Made by a program: the position numbers and the translations under genes. This document shows positions 17,721 to 26,352 of a DNA stretch of 34,663 nucleotides, one piece after another. The notes beneath the pieces are model-generated. The model worked only from the letters and a program-made list of their open reading frames with translations, did no database searches and had not been told where the DNA came from. The DNA lies in the IMG/VR virus record IMGVR_UViG_3300049982_000048, positions 1 to 34,663 of that record; one strand, given 5' to 3'. Positions within the stretch are counted from its first letter, which is position 1, and every line of letters begins with the position of its first letter. Origin of the DNA: a virus (lineage: Duplodnaviria > Caudoviricetes).

Positions 17721-20105
17721 ATGATTTATCCGCAACAAACGCCCGCCCGCACCTATGCGCCAGGCATGGGTGATGCCGTCGCCGACCGCACCATCAACCG
17801 CAAGATCCAGCGAGACGTGCCGCGTTATATTCACCGCACAGTGGTGGCGCGCAATGACGGCCGCAGTCTCGATGATGTCGTGGCTGACTATTGCAAGTCC
17901 AACGGGCTGGTGTCGGATGGCTACGATGTGCCGCATGGCGACGGCGAAACGGTCGAAGTGCAGATCGGCGTGATTGCAGAAATCGAAACTGAGCAATGGG
18001 CCGACGTGGCGCGACGGGTCGCGCTTGGGTCGTCCTTGCTGCACCCGAGCGGCGACCAGATTGGCGAATTCACCGCGATGCACCACCATCTGCGGCAGGC
18101 GTCGATTCTGATGTCGGGTCGCCATTTGCAACACGGCGATGAGAACCAGCCCAACCGCAACATGGAAGTCTTCACCAACTGTTCGACCTCTGCCGTGTCG
18201 TTCTTGACGTTCTATCTGTTGTTGAATGGCTCGGGCGTCGGTCGCTCCTACGACAATGCGATGCAGATGGTGGACCTGCGCAATCTGCCGACCGTGGTCT
18301 GCGTGATCGACATGGGCCACAAGGACGTGCAAAGCGGCGAGATCCACGCGCTCGACCTGCGCAATGCTCGCCACCTGTATGCCGACAAGGAGCTTCATGT
18401 GTTCGAAGTGCCGGACTCGCGTGAGGGTTGGGCGAAGGCGCTCGAAAAGATGGAGCTGATGGCATATCAGCAGATTTACCGCGACGACGTGTTGCTCTTG
18501 GACTTTTCCAAGGTGCGTCCGCGCAGCAGCCCGATCGGTGGCATGCAGAACCGCCCGGCGTCCGGCCCTGGCCCGTTGATGACGGCGATTGCCAATGTCG
18601 CCAAGCTGCGTGACGCCGGCATGGCGCCGTGGCGTTCCGCGATGTATGCCGACCACTATCTGGCCGAATGCGTGCTGGTGGGTGGCGCCCGCCGCGCCGC
18701 ACGGATGGCGACCAAGACCTGGCGCGACAAGAACGCGCTGGACTTCGTGGCGGTGAAACGCGGCGGCTTCCTGTGGTCGAGCAACAATTCGGTCACGGTG
18801 GACAGTGACTTCTGGCGCTATGTGAAGGACGAATTCAAGCCTGAAGAGCGCGGCGACGCCAAGGTGTGGGAACTGGCACAGCATGCGAAGCGTGTATTCG
18901 AGGCAGTCTGCGAAGCCGCGTATCACGACGGCACTGGCGAACCGGGCCTGATCACGGTGGATAAGCTGACCTGGACCGACGACGGCATCGAGGGCTTGCT
19001 CGACGGTGACTTCGCCAAGAGCGCCCGCTACCAGCTTGACGCCGACACGCTGCAACTGACCGCGGCGCTGGCTGCTGCGTGGAAGAACTGCGCCTACAAG
19101 GTCATCACCAACCCCTGCGGCGAGATCGTGCTGTCCGCGCTCGGCGGCTATTGTGTGATCGCCGACGTGGTGCCGTTCCATGCAACCACCGACGCTGACG
19201 CCGAAGATGCGTTCCGCGTCGCCACCCGCGCGCTGATCCGCACCAACCTGATGGATTCGCTCTACAAGAAGGAAGTGCAGCGCACCAACCGCATCGGCGT
19301 CGGCATCACCGGCTTCCACGAGTGGGCCTGGGCACGCTTCGGCTTTGGCTGGAAGGACATCGTCAATGAAGAAAAGTCCAAGGCGATGTGGCTGATGCTG
19401 TCGCGCTTCAAACGCGCCGTGCAGCAGGAAGCAGCCGCCTACTCGGCGCAGGTCGGCATGGTGACACCGCACACCGACACCACCATCAAGCCCGCCGGCA
19501 CCACCTCCAAGCTGTTCGGCTTGACCGAGGGTGCGCACCTGCCCTCCATGCGTGAATACCTGCGATGGGTCCAGTTCCGCAACGGCGACCCGCTGATCGA
19601 GGAGTATCGCGCCAAAGGCTATCCGGTGCGTGAGCTGAAAATCTACCATGGCACCACGATCGTCGGCTTCCCGACCAAGCCGACCATCTGCACGCTCGGC
19701 ATGGGCGACCAGCTTGTGACTGCTGCCGAAGCCACGCCGGAAGAACAGTATCAGTATTTGCGCCTGATGGAGAAATACTGGATCTCGGGCGTTGCCGAAG
19801 ACGGCGTCACGCCGCTGCGCGAAACCGGCAATCAGGTGTCCTACACGCTGAAATACAAGCCGACCGTGGTTAGCTATGAGGCGTTCCGACAAACCCTGAT
19901 GGATGGGCAATCGACGATCCGCTGCTGCTCGGTGATGCCGCAGACCGACACCTCCGCGTATGAATACACGCCGGAAGAAATGGTCAGCAAGGCCGAGTAT
20001 GAAATGATCGTCAACGCCATTAAGGAACAGGATACGAAAGAGGAGGTCGGCCTTGAACACGTCGATTGTTCCACCGGCGCCTGCCCCATTGACTTCCGAG
20101 CCTAG
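17721..20105 (+). CDS. nrdJ: Class II (adenosylcobalamin-dependent) ribonucleotide reductase, monomeric type
   Basis: FTNCS, LVGGARRAA, GEPG, TNPCGEI, RIGVGITG, TIKPAGT, C-terminal CSTGAC; no beta-subunit gene nearby; ATG at 17721 with RBS GAGG. Confidence 0.88.
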   Translation: MIYPQQTPARTYAPGMGDAVADRTINRKIQRDVPRYIHRTVVARNDGRSLDDVVADYCKSNGLVSDGYDVPHGDGETVEVQIGVIAEIETEQWADVARRVALGSSLLHPSGDQIGEFTAMHHHLRQASILMSGRHLQHGDENQPNRNMEVFTNCSTSAVSFLTFYLLLNGSGVGRSYDNAMQMVDLRNLPTVVCVIDMGHKDVQSGEIHALDLRNARHLYADKELHVFEVPDSREGWAKALEKMELMAYQQIYRDDVLLLDFSKVRPRSSPIGGMQNRPASGPGPLMTAIANVAKLRDAGMAPWRSAMYADHYLAECVLVGGARRAARMATKTWRDKNALDFVAVKRGGFLWSSNNSVTVDSDFWRYVKDEFKPEERGDAKVWELAQHAKRVFEAVCEAAYHDGTGEPGLITVDKLTWTDDGIEGLLDGDFAKSARYQLDADTLQLTAALAAAWKNCAYKVITNPCGEIVLSALGGYCVIADVVPFHATTDADAEDAFRVATRALIRTNLMDSLYKKEVQRTNRIGVGITGFHEWAWARFGFGWKDIVNEEKSKAMWLMLSRFKRAVQQEAAAYSAQVGMVTPHTDTTIKPAGTTSKLFGLTEGAHLPSMREYLRWVQFRNGDPLIEEYRAKGYPVRELKIYHGTTIVGFPTKPTICTLGMGDQLVTAAEATPEEQYQYLRLMEKYWISGVAEDGVTPLRETGNQVSYTLKYKPTVVSYEAFRQTLMDGQSTIRCCSVMPQTDTSAYEYTPEEMVSKAEYEMIVNAIKEQDTKEEVGLEHVDCSTGACPIDFRA

Positions 20106-20107
20106 TC

Positions 20108-20179
20108 TTGAGTGGCCTGCGCTGACCTTTCCGCCGATTAACCTGTGGAATGTGCCAGCGCAGAATCCGCCAGACTCAA
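20108..20179 (+). other. Long irregular stem-loop immediately after nrdJ
   Basis: Nested pairings TTGAGT/ACTCAA, GGC/GCC, CTGCGCTG/CAGCGCAG, TTCCGC/GTGGAA. Confidence 0.6.
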
Positions 20180-20195
20180 CCGGTCCTCAGTAGTA

Positions 20196-20215
20196 AGTCA
20201 GCACTGAGCTATAAT
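20196..20215 (+). promoter_or_regulatory. Operator AGTCA-GCAC-TGAGC abutting TATAAT
   Basis: Repeated motif family. Confidence 0.8.
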
Positions 20216-20227
20216 ATAACTGTTAGC

Positions 20228-20257
20228 AAGCGGGTGAGTGTTTCACCCGCTTTTTTT
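20228..20257 (+). terminator. Intrinsic terminator
   Basis: GCGGGTGA-GTGTT-TCACCCGC followed by T7. Confidence 0.85.
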
Positions 20258-20269
20258 AGGAGAGAGGAA

Positions 20270-20578
20270 TTGAGCAATGTTATCCAGTTTCCAGGTTCAC
20301 GACCAGGCGCCGCGTCCACTAACGCCGCTATGGAAGAAGTCACGCACGTTAAGCCTTCTATTCAGTTTGTCCGCTCCGCTGCTCCGCGCTCTGCGCCTGC
20401 TGCGCAAGTAGCTGACGACCCGCTGCGCGAGGCAAAGGGGGCGTCGCAACTGGCGACCGACGCCCTGGCGTTCTATGCGCGTCAGGGTTACGACGGCGGT
20501 CTGAAAGCACGCCGCGCACTGGTCGCCATGATCGAAGCCGAGCAGGGTGAACCGCCAGGGCCGGGTCTTTCCGCCTGA
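20270..20578 (+). CDS. Hypothetical protein (MSNVIQFPG...)
   Basis: TTG start after RBS GGAGAGAGG; the ORF-track start at 20150 would run through the promoter and terminator. Confidence 0.65.
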   Translation: MSNVIQFPGSRPGAASTNAAMEEVTHVKPSIQFVRSAAPRSAPAAQVADDPLREAKGASQLATDALAFYARQGYDGGLKARRALVAMIEAEQGEPPGPGLSA

Positions 20579-20589
20579 CGAACTGCCTC

Positions 20590-20617
20590 ACTCAGTCCTG
20601 AGTGTGACATCTATCAT
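20590..20617 (+). promoter_or_regulatory. Operator ACTCA-GTCC-TGAGT, 8-bp spacer, TATCAT (thyX promoter)
   Basis: Palindromic arms; same geometry as 10074. Confidence 0.7.
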
Positions 20618-20647
20618 CTTTTTATAACATTTCACAAGGGAAAACAA

Positions 20648-21481
20648 TTGACCATTATCGCCAAAGTTATTGAAGGGAGCCTTGCTGAGAACGGCAAGCG
20701 CCTGCTGACTCTGCAATTGCTGTATCCACGCTTCGTGCATGCGGAGTTCATGACGCATCGCGTATTCAGTCGTAATGCGTCGTCCTCCCGCGCCATCCCG
20801 GTCGCCAAGATGATCGAGAAAGTGCGCAGCAATCCCGCCATGCCGATTCATTGGGGCAAGAACCAGCCTGGCATGCAGGCGAACGAGCAACTGATTGGCG
20901 AGGAGCTGGTTCGCGCTAAAGCGCTCTGGATGCGCTCGGCTGGTTTCGCGGCGGACGTAGCTGAGTCGATGAATGCGGCCGGCGTTCACAAACAGGTTGC
21001 CAACCGCATTCTGGAGCCGTTCCTGCACATCAGCGTGATCGTTACCGCCACCGAATGGGACAACTTCTTCGAGTTGCGCGACCACCCGGACGCACAGCCG
21101 GAGATCCGCGAACTGGCAATTCAAATGAAGCAGGCGATCGACGGCTATGAGCTAACTCTGCGACCCCGCCTTCGCGAGCACGCTTCAGGTTGGCACCTGC
21201 CGTATGTGACCGCGAATGAGCGCCAGTGGTATGCATACGATCCGCTGTTCCTGGCTCAACTGTCGGCAGCCCGCTGCGCCCGCGTGTCCTACCTGACGCA
21301 CGAAGACAAGGTTCCCTCGGTCGGGGAGGACCAGAAGCTGTATGTGCGCCTGGTCGGCGGTCGTCCACTGCATGCGTCGCCAATCGAGCATCAAGCATAT
21401 CCGCTGCCTCTGGCGGATCAACGTAGTAAGAATTTTGCGGGCTGGCGACAGCACCGTGAAATTGTCGAACTGTCCTTTTAA
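20648..21481 (+). CDS. thyX: Flavin-dependent thymidylate synthase
   Basis: HAEFMTHRVFSRNASSSRAIP, HKQVANRILEP, LRDHPDAQPEI, SAARCARVSY, HASPIEH. Confidence 0.92.
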   Translation: MTIIAKVIEGSLAENGKRLLTLQLLYPRFVHAEFMTHRVFSRNASSSRAIPVAKMIEKVRSNPAMPIHWGKNQPGMQANEQLIGEELVRAKALWMRSAGFAADVAESMNAAGVHKQVANRILEPFLHISVIVTATEWDNFFELRDHPDAQPEIRELAIQMKQAIDGYELTLRPRLREHASGWHLPYVTANERQWYAYDPLFLAQLSAARCARVSYLTHEDKVPSVGEDQKLYVRLVGGRPLHASPIEHQAYPLPLADQRSKNFAGWRQHREIVELSF

Positions 21482-21500
21482 CCCAATCAGGAGATCCACC

Positions 21501-21815
21501 ATGAAACAACTGTTTGCATTGCTGTTTGCCCGCTTTAACGCCGGCTTCATCGCGTTCGGCCCATCCAAGCGCACCGTCGAGGGCGCTCTGATCCACTTCA
21601 ATAAGGCGATCGACGAGCTGAATGCCGTCGAAGAGCAGGAAAACAAGGAAGCGGCCAAGCAGGAGCAGGCGCTGACGGAAGCATCGGCTGCGCTCGATGC
21701 GGCCCGCACGACCGCAACCCGCGCCCGCAACAAGCGCGCCAAGATCGCATCCCTCATCGGTGACGATGAAGAGTCTTTGGACAGCATTGCGACCCTGCGC
21801 AACATCAAGTTCTAA
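21501..21815 (+). CDS. Hypothetical coiled-coil protein
   Basis: RBS AGGAG; Ala/Glu-rich heptads. Confidence 0.7.
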   Translation: MKQLFALLFARFNAGFIAFGPSKRTVEGALIHFNKAIDELNAVEEQENKEAAKQEQALTEASAALDAARTTATRARNKRAKIASLIGDDEESLDSIATLRNIKF

Positions 21816-21874
21816 GTTCAACCGGGCGCCATGCCGGCGCCCATTCACCGCCTTACTAACTTAGGGAGAACCTT

Positions 21875-22639
21875 ATGGAATCCAGACAATACATCGCGCT
21901 CGCCACCAAGACCGAGTCCGTGCCGACCGAGCTGAAGATCAACCAGACTGTGCTGCATGCCGCCTTCATGCTGGCGATCGCCACTGCCAACGTGATGGGT
22001 CAGGTCAAACGTCGCCTGTTCTACGGCTCGCCGCTGGACATTAAGAACCTGGAGCAACATCTTCACACCGCGCATCAAATGGTGGTCTATATCAACTCCA
22101 TCGTGAGACACGTGGAAGAGGGCGCCGAGCTGGAGCAGTCGGAGGCTAACCAGCCGCTGTCGCAGGAAGCGCTCGACAGTCTCGAAATGCCCGAAGATAT
22201 CGCCGGCATGAACCTGGCCAACCTGAACATTCGCCTGATCCACTCGGCACTCGGTGGCTTCACCGAGAGCGGCGAAAAGCTGGAAGTGCTATTGAAGCAA
22301 TACGAAGGCAAGGGCTTGGACCTGTTCGGCTACCGCGAAGAGAACGGCGACACGCAGTGGTATGACGCCATCGAGATCGACGAACTGATGAAGCTGGCGG
22401 CCGAAGCCGGTCTGAATCCGATCGACTTCTCCGAAGCCGGCAGCCGCATCACCAACATCACCAAGCTGCAAGGCAACCCCAAGCTGAAGGGCCGCTACAG
22501 CGAAGGCGACTTCAACATCGTCGACGCCTTGAATCGCGACCTGGCTAACGAGCGCAAGATCCTCGAAGGCAGTGAGTTGCAGGTGATTTCAGTCGGCGAA
22601 GTCGGCAACGTGGCTGACGTGCTCGGCAAGGCAGCCTGA
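21875..22639 (+). CDS. MazG-like nucleoside triphosphate pyrophosphohydrolase
   Basis: YIALATKTE, LIHSALGGFTESGE, EENGDTQWY, NITKL...RY...ALNRDL. Confidence 0.78.
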   Translation: MESRQYIALATKTESVPTELKINQTVLHAAFMLAIATANVMGQVKRRLFYGSPLDIKNLEQHLHTAHQMVVYINSIVRHVEEGAELEQSEANQPLSQEALDSLEMPEDIAGMNLANLNIRLIHSALGGFTESGEKLEVLLKQYEGKGLDLFGYREENGDTQWYDAIEIDELMKLAAEAGLNPIDFSEAGSRITNITKLQGNPKLKGRYSEGDFNIVDALNRDLANERKILEGSELQVISVGEVGNVADVLGKAA

Positions 22640-22640
22640 T

Positions 22641-23279
22641 ATGAGTGTGACGGGTTTGTGCGGCGCCCATCGCACCGGCAAGACCTCGCTGGCCCGCGCT
22701 TTCGCTAAGAAACATGGCATCGTCTTCATGGAGACTTCCGTGTCGGCGATCTTCAAAGAGTTGGGGCAGGATCCGGCCGCGTCGTTCGACTTTACGACGC
22801 GACTGGACATTCAGGAGGTGATCTTGGAGCGCCTCGATGCCATGTATGGGTTGATTGCCCCGGGCAGCCAGGTGGTCGTAGATCGCACGCCGATCGACAT
22901 GCTGGCTTACACGATGGCGGAAGCGATCGGGCATGTGGTCAGTGACGCCGACCAGGCGCGCTTCGTGAAATATACGGAGCGCTGCTTTGATGTGATCAAC
23001 CGGCGTTTTGCCACGCTGGTGCTAGTGCAGCCAGGCATTCCGCTGGTGGACGAGGAGGGTAAGGCGGCAATCAACCAGGCGTATATCGAGCATCTGAACA
23101 GCCTGATGCTCGGATTGACGGTCGACGAGCGGGTTAAGTGTTCGCATTTCTACATCCTGCGCGCACTGACCGACATGGACGATCGCCTGACAGCGTTGGA
23201 GTCGGCCTACCGGCAATCGGGCTTCCACGTGCGGCAGCAGAAGGATCTCCACCTGTCGAGCGGTGGTTTCTTGCAGTAA
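22641..23279 (+). CDS. P-loop nucleotide kinase (AAA_28 / NadR-Ttd14-like)
   Basis: GAHRTGKTS, VVDRTPIDMLAY. Confidence 0.78.
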   Translation: MSVTGLCGAHRTGKTSLARAFAKKHGIVFMETSVSAIFKELGQDPAASFDFTTRLDIQEVILERLDAMYGLIAPGSQVVVDRTPIDMLAYTMAEAIGHVVSDADQARFVKYTERCFDVINRRFATLVLVQPGIPLVDEEGKAAINQAYIEHLNSLMLGLTVDERVKCSHFYILRALTDMDDRLTALESAYRQSGFHVRQQKDLHLSSGGFLQ

Positions 23280-23296
23280 GGATAACTGTCAGGCTA

Positions 23297-23351
23297 AGTC
23301 ATCACTGACTTGTAAGTCCTGACGATTATCGGTATTATGTCAGTAATGACT
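23297..23351 (+). promoter_or_regulatory. Sigma70-type promoter TTGTAA-N17-TATTAT bracketed by two operators
   Basis: -35 at 23310-23315, -10 at 23333-23338; operators AGTCA-TCAC-TGACT (23297-23310) and TGTCA-GTAA-TGACT (23338-23351). Confidence 0.8.
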
Positions 23352-23382
23352 TAGCGCATTGTTGCGCAGAAGGGGAAATGAT

Positions 23383-23739
23383 ATGACACCAGTGGCGTAT
23401 GGTTTGCGGCACAAGAACAGCGGCAAATTGATCCGGTATATCAGTGAATCGGCGTCTGAGATGCAGACGATGCAGCGCATGAGAGAGCTGCTGCCTGACA
23501 CAAATATGCGAGTTGAAGCTGACCTGATCGTCCTCTACGAAGCGCCGCCCTCGCCAATCACACCTTGGTTCCCACCAGAGGTTAAGCCGGTGCGTGTCGG
23601 CCACTACCCGGTGGACTACGGAGTTGATGGTATCTCGTTCGCCCACTGGAACGGCGTGCAATGGTGCGAGTGGGAGGATGGCTCCATCATCTCTAATCAA
23701 AACCTGCGCTGGTATGGACTCACGTCGGAGGTCAAGTGA
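23383..23739 (+). CDS. Hypothetical protein
   Basis: RBS AAGGGG; TPWFPPEVKPVRVGHY...WYGL motif common in phage ORFs. Confidence 0.65.
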   Translation: MTPVAYGLRHKNSGKLIRYISESASEMQTMQRMRELLPDTNMRVEADLIVLYEAPPSPITPWFPPEVKPVRVGHYPVDYGVDGISFAHWNGVQWCEWEDGSIISNQNLRWYGLTSEVK

Positions 23740-23927
23740 CACTGCACCAATCCATCGCGATCGGGGTTTGGGCACTGGTGGCGCTATTTCTCATCTTGTG
23801 CCTCTTTTCCGCAATGGCGCAGCTATTCGGCTACCGCAACGTGGTTGAACTCCTGATCGGCTTGCTGATTCTGCGGGTCGCGCCGGTGCTGCTGATTGGC
23901 TACACCATTTGGGCGTTCCTGGCGTGA
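23736..23927 (+). CDS. Small two-helix membrane protein
   Basis: Two hydrophobic segments; RBS GGAGG; GTGA overlaps. Confidence 0.65.
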   Translation: MTLHQSIAIGVWALVALFLILCLFSAMAQLFGYRNVVELLIGLLILRVAPVLLIGYTIWAFLA

Positions 23928-24340
23928 GCCTACTGCCAACCCTGAAGGAAGAACTCGACCGCAAGTCGTTCGAAACGATCGACTGGCTGGCGACTGCTTA
24001 TGATCACGGCAAGCTGACCAATGCGCAGTATGCGGCTGGCCTGGAGGCGCTGTTCATGGCGGTGTCCGGCTTGTGCGACCAGGAGATTTTCGAACTGATC
24101 TCGGTCGCTTCCGGCATCGCTGGCGTGTCGGTGTCGCTGGAAAAGCGGCACTTCATCAAGGACGAATTCGCCATCAGTCTGACATGGGCTGGCGGTCAGG
24201 AAGAGTTTCACACGCTGGTGCGAAAAGAGGGTATCGCCATGAATTCCAGGACCAGATGCTACGACACCGCCAAAGAGGCGAGGGCGGCGTTTGCAGAGAT
24301 GGCAGAGAAGATCCTGGCAATGGGGTATGTCGAGCTATGA
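23924..24340 (+). CDS. Hypothetical protein
   Basis: GTGA overlap; typical codon usage. Confidence 0.7.
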   Translation: MSLLPTLKEELDRKSFETIDWLATAYDHGKLTNAQYAAGLEALFMAVSGLCDQEIFELISVASGIAGVSVSLEKRHFIKDEFAISLTWAGGQEEFHTLVRKEGIAMNSRTRCYDTAKEARAAFAEMAEKILAMGYVEL

Positions 24341-24726
24341 CGCTGGATCGGTTCTCAGTCCTGCTGCGTGAGCGGGCGCCATATCTGTGCGCCAGCCTCG
24401 GGCATTTGTCTATGTTGAGCGCTCTCGCCAAAGTCGGTCTGGCGGTTGGCTGTGAGGGGCAGCGGCAGGGCGAGCAGACGCAGGATTTTGCCAGCAGGGT
24501 GTGGCTTCACATTGAGGCGACCAACTGGCAGGAGAAGGTGCTGGAGCCGCGCGAGCAGGCGTTGACCACGCTGGCAAGCCAAATCGCCACCTATGCGGCG
24601 AAGAAGCGCTACCTCACGGCGGTTTTCACCAGGCAGATCGAGCGCCTGGCAGAGAACCGCATTGAGGAAGCTGTTTTGCAAGTGGAAGACGGCCATAGGG
24701 CCGCAATTGGCTGGTCGTCCTGGTAA
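24337..24726 (+). CDS. Hypothetical protein ending IGWSSW
   Basis: ATGA overlap at 24337, in frame with the ORF-track 24073 ORF. Confidence 0.65.
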   Translation: MTLDRFSVLLRERAPYLCASLGHLSMLSALAKVGLAVGCEGQRQGEQTQDFASRVWLHIEATNWQEKVLEPREQALTTLASQIATYAAKKRYLTAVFTRQIERLAENRIEEAVLQVEDGHRAAIGWSSW

Positions 24727-24774
24727 ATCAAAGGAGAAAACGAATGGAAGTCATTAAGGAAGAAGGTAACTGAC

Positions 24775-25011
24775 ATGCCGCGCGTAGCAATGGACGACAT
24801 GGTGCGCCTCAACGACAACGGGCTGCGCCAGATTTACGGCACCACTGTCGGGCTGGCGCACATGAAGACCTTGGAAATGAAGGTCACGTGGGTCGATTCG
24901 AAATCGCTTACGGCGCCGGAGAAGACGCATCAGGTGGAAGTGGACAGCCAGGATATCAATAATTTCCTGATCGACGACCGCTGTTTTGACGTAGTGAGGA
25001 AAGGAAAATGA
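24775..25011 (+). CDS. Hypothetical protein
   Basis: RBS GAAGG; overlaps the next gene. Confidence 0.65.
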   Translation: MPRVAMDDMVRLNDNGLRQIYGTTVGLAHMKTLEMKVTWVDSKSLTAPEKTHQVEVDSQDINNFLIDDRCFDVVRKGK

Positions 25012-25328
25012 TGAATACAATTCAAATCAACGGCCGGATTTACAACGGCAATAACGTCGAGATCCGCAATGGCGTGATCAAGATTGACGGCGTCGTCCAG
25101 ACGGACGAGAGCGCTAAAGACGCGTTGGAGATCCGCGTGCTGTCGGGCGTGATTGGGCAATTGGACACCGACCTGTCGGTCAATTGTGGCGATGTTGTCG
25201 GTAACGTGCGCGCCGGCGGCGCCGTCAATTGTGACGATGTCGGTGGCCACGTGATAGCCGGTGGCTCGGTCAACTGCGACGACGTTGGCGGCAGTGTGAC
25301 CGCCAGCGGTTCGGTAAATAGGGGCTGA
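25008..25328 (+). CDS. Small beta-solenoid repeat protein (polymer-forming/bactofilin-like repeats)
   Basis: Three 15-aa repeats VNC[GD]DV[VG]GxVxAxG[AS]. Confidence 0.65.
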   Translation: MMNTIQINGRIYNGNNVEIRNGVIKIDGVVQTDESAKDALEIRVLSGVIGQLDTDLSVNCGDVVGNVRAGGAVNCDDVGGHVIAGGSVNCDDVGGSVTASGSVNRG

Positions 25329-25329
25329 C

Positions 25330-25662
25330 GTGGCTAAGAAAGTAGGCAATTACGAAATTCCCTTCGATGATGAAGGCAATCAAAAGCATTACCCCGAGTC
25401 ATGGCGCGGCTTGCAATGGCGGAAAAACGATCCGTTCCAGGACACCCTGACTTATGACGGCTACTCGCGCGGCCGCAGCGCCGCTTACTTCAACTTCAAG
25501 CGTAGCGATGGCACATTCGTCGTGATGTTCTTGAAGGATTTCGAGGAGCTGGTCACGCACATGATCAACGGTAAGGTCACTGGCACATTCCAGTTCATCA
25601 AGCGCGGACAGAACTACGGCTGCACGATGGTTGCCGCAGACACGCCTAAAACCACTTCTTAA
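25330..25662 (+). CDS. Hypothetical protein
   Basis: Adjacent to upstream stop; RGRSAAYF and FIKRGQNYG motifs. Confidence 0.7.
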   Translation: MAKKVGNYEIPFDDEGNQKHYPESWRGLQWRKNDPFQDTLTYDGYSRGRSAAYFNFKRSDGTFVVMFLKDFEELVTHMINGKVTGTFQFIKRGQNYGCTMVAADTPKTTS

Positions 25663-25696
25663 ACTGTAGTTTCTCAACAACGAAAGGTAATACCGC

Positions 25697-25960
25697 ATGA
25701 AGAATCTCCAAGTAACCATCGCCGGCGAACCCGGCGCAGGCGCCACCACCGTCGCCCAATTCATCCAGAAGTGCCTGGGTCAAGTTGGCATCGAGGCGAC
25801 CGTCACCGATGGCATTCCACTGCTGCTGTCGGATGAGGCGGCCGCAGATCGCAACGCGCGGCTTGAGGAGACCTTCCAGTCGCGTCTGAAGGCGCTGGCC
25901 GGCAAAGAGGACTTCAGGGTCCAGATTGAAACCGCGCAACTGAAGCGGATCGCGCTGTAA
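25697..25960 (+). CDS. Small protein with a degenerate P-loop
   Basis: VTIAGEPGAGATT (Walker A Lys replaced by Ala). Confidence 0.65.
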   Translation: MKNLQVTIAGEPGAGATTVAQFIQKCLGQVGIEATVTDGIPLLLSDEAAADRNARLEETFQSRLKALAGKEDFRVQIETAQLKRIAL

Positions 25961-26352
25961 TGCTGGACTTGCTCGACGCATTGACAAAGCCTGCCGTCGT
26001 CGAAAGCGATAGGCGCCCCTGGCCATCCGATGGGCAGCGCTTTACCGTCCTGATGGATGTGCGGCGCTATCCGGACAATGACTTCGAGGCGGAACTGGTT
26101 GGCGAGCTGTCGCCCGATTTGTCTGAAGTCTTATATGACGTTGGCACATTCGTCACTTGCGATATGTTCGAGCTGGAGGAGGTGCCAAAGAAATCGGGCC
26201 TGTATTGGGTAACGCTCAAATACGGATGCGAGCGTTACTTAGATTGGGAGTCCGGCCACCCCGAATTCAGTGATTGGCTGACGATCGAATCACATCGACG
26301 CCGCAGCATGTTCGCGTGCTGGTGGCATCGCCTGAAAAGGAGAATGACATGA
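25960..26352 (+). CDS. Hypothetical protein
   Basis: TAATG overlap. Confidence 0.6.
   Translation: MLDLLDALTKPAVVESDRRPWPSDGQRFTVLMDVRRYPDNDFEAELVGELSPDLSEVLYDVGTFVTCDMFELEEVPKKSGLYWVTLKYGCERYLDWESGHPEFSDWLTIESHRRRSMFACWWHRLKRRMT

Noticed and set aside
17721-20105. Intein or intron in nrdJ, dnaE or recA
   Set aside because: Lengths are normal, conserved motifs are contiguous, and no splice-junction or homing endonuclease motifs were seen.
20108-20179. tRNA or cobalamin riboswitch next to nrdJ
   Set aside because: No cloverleaf or T-loop consensus, no B12 box, and it lies downstream of the gene.
21824-21842. GGGCGCC-ATGCC-GGCGCCC hairpin as a terminator
   Set aside because: No U-tract on either strand; could be an mRNA stabiliser but this is unsupported.
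24744-24773. 9-codon mini-ORF MEVIKEEGN with a strong RBS
   Set aside because: Too short to support; may be a remnant or a coupling device for the ORF at 24775.
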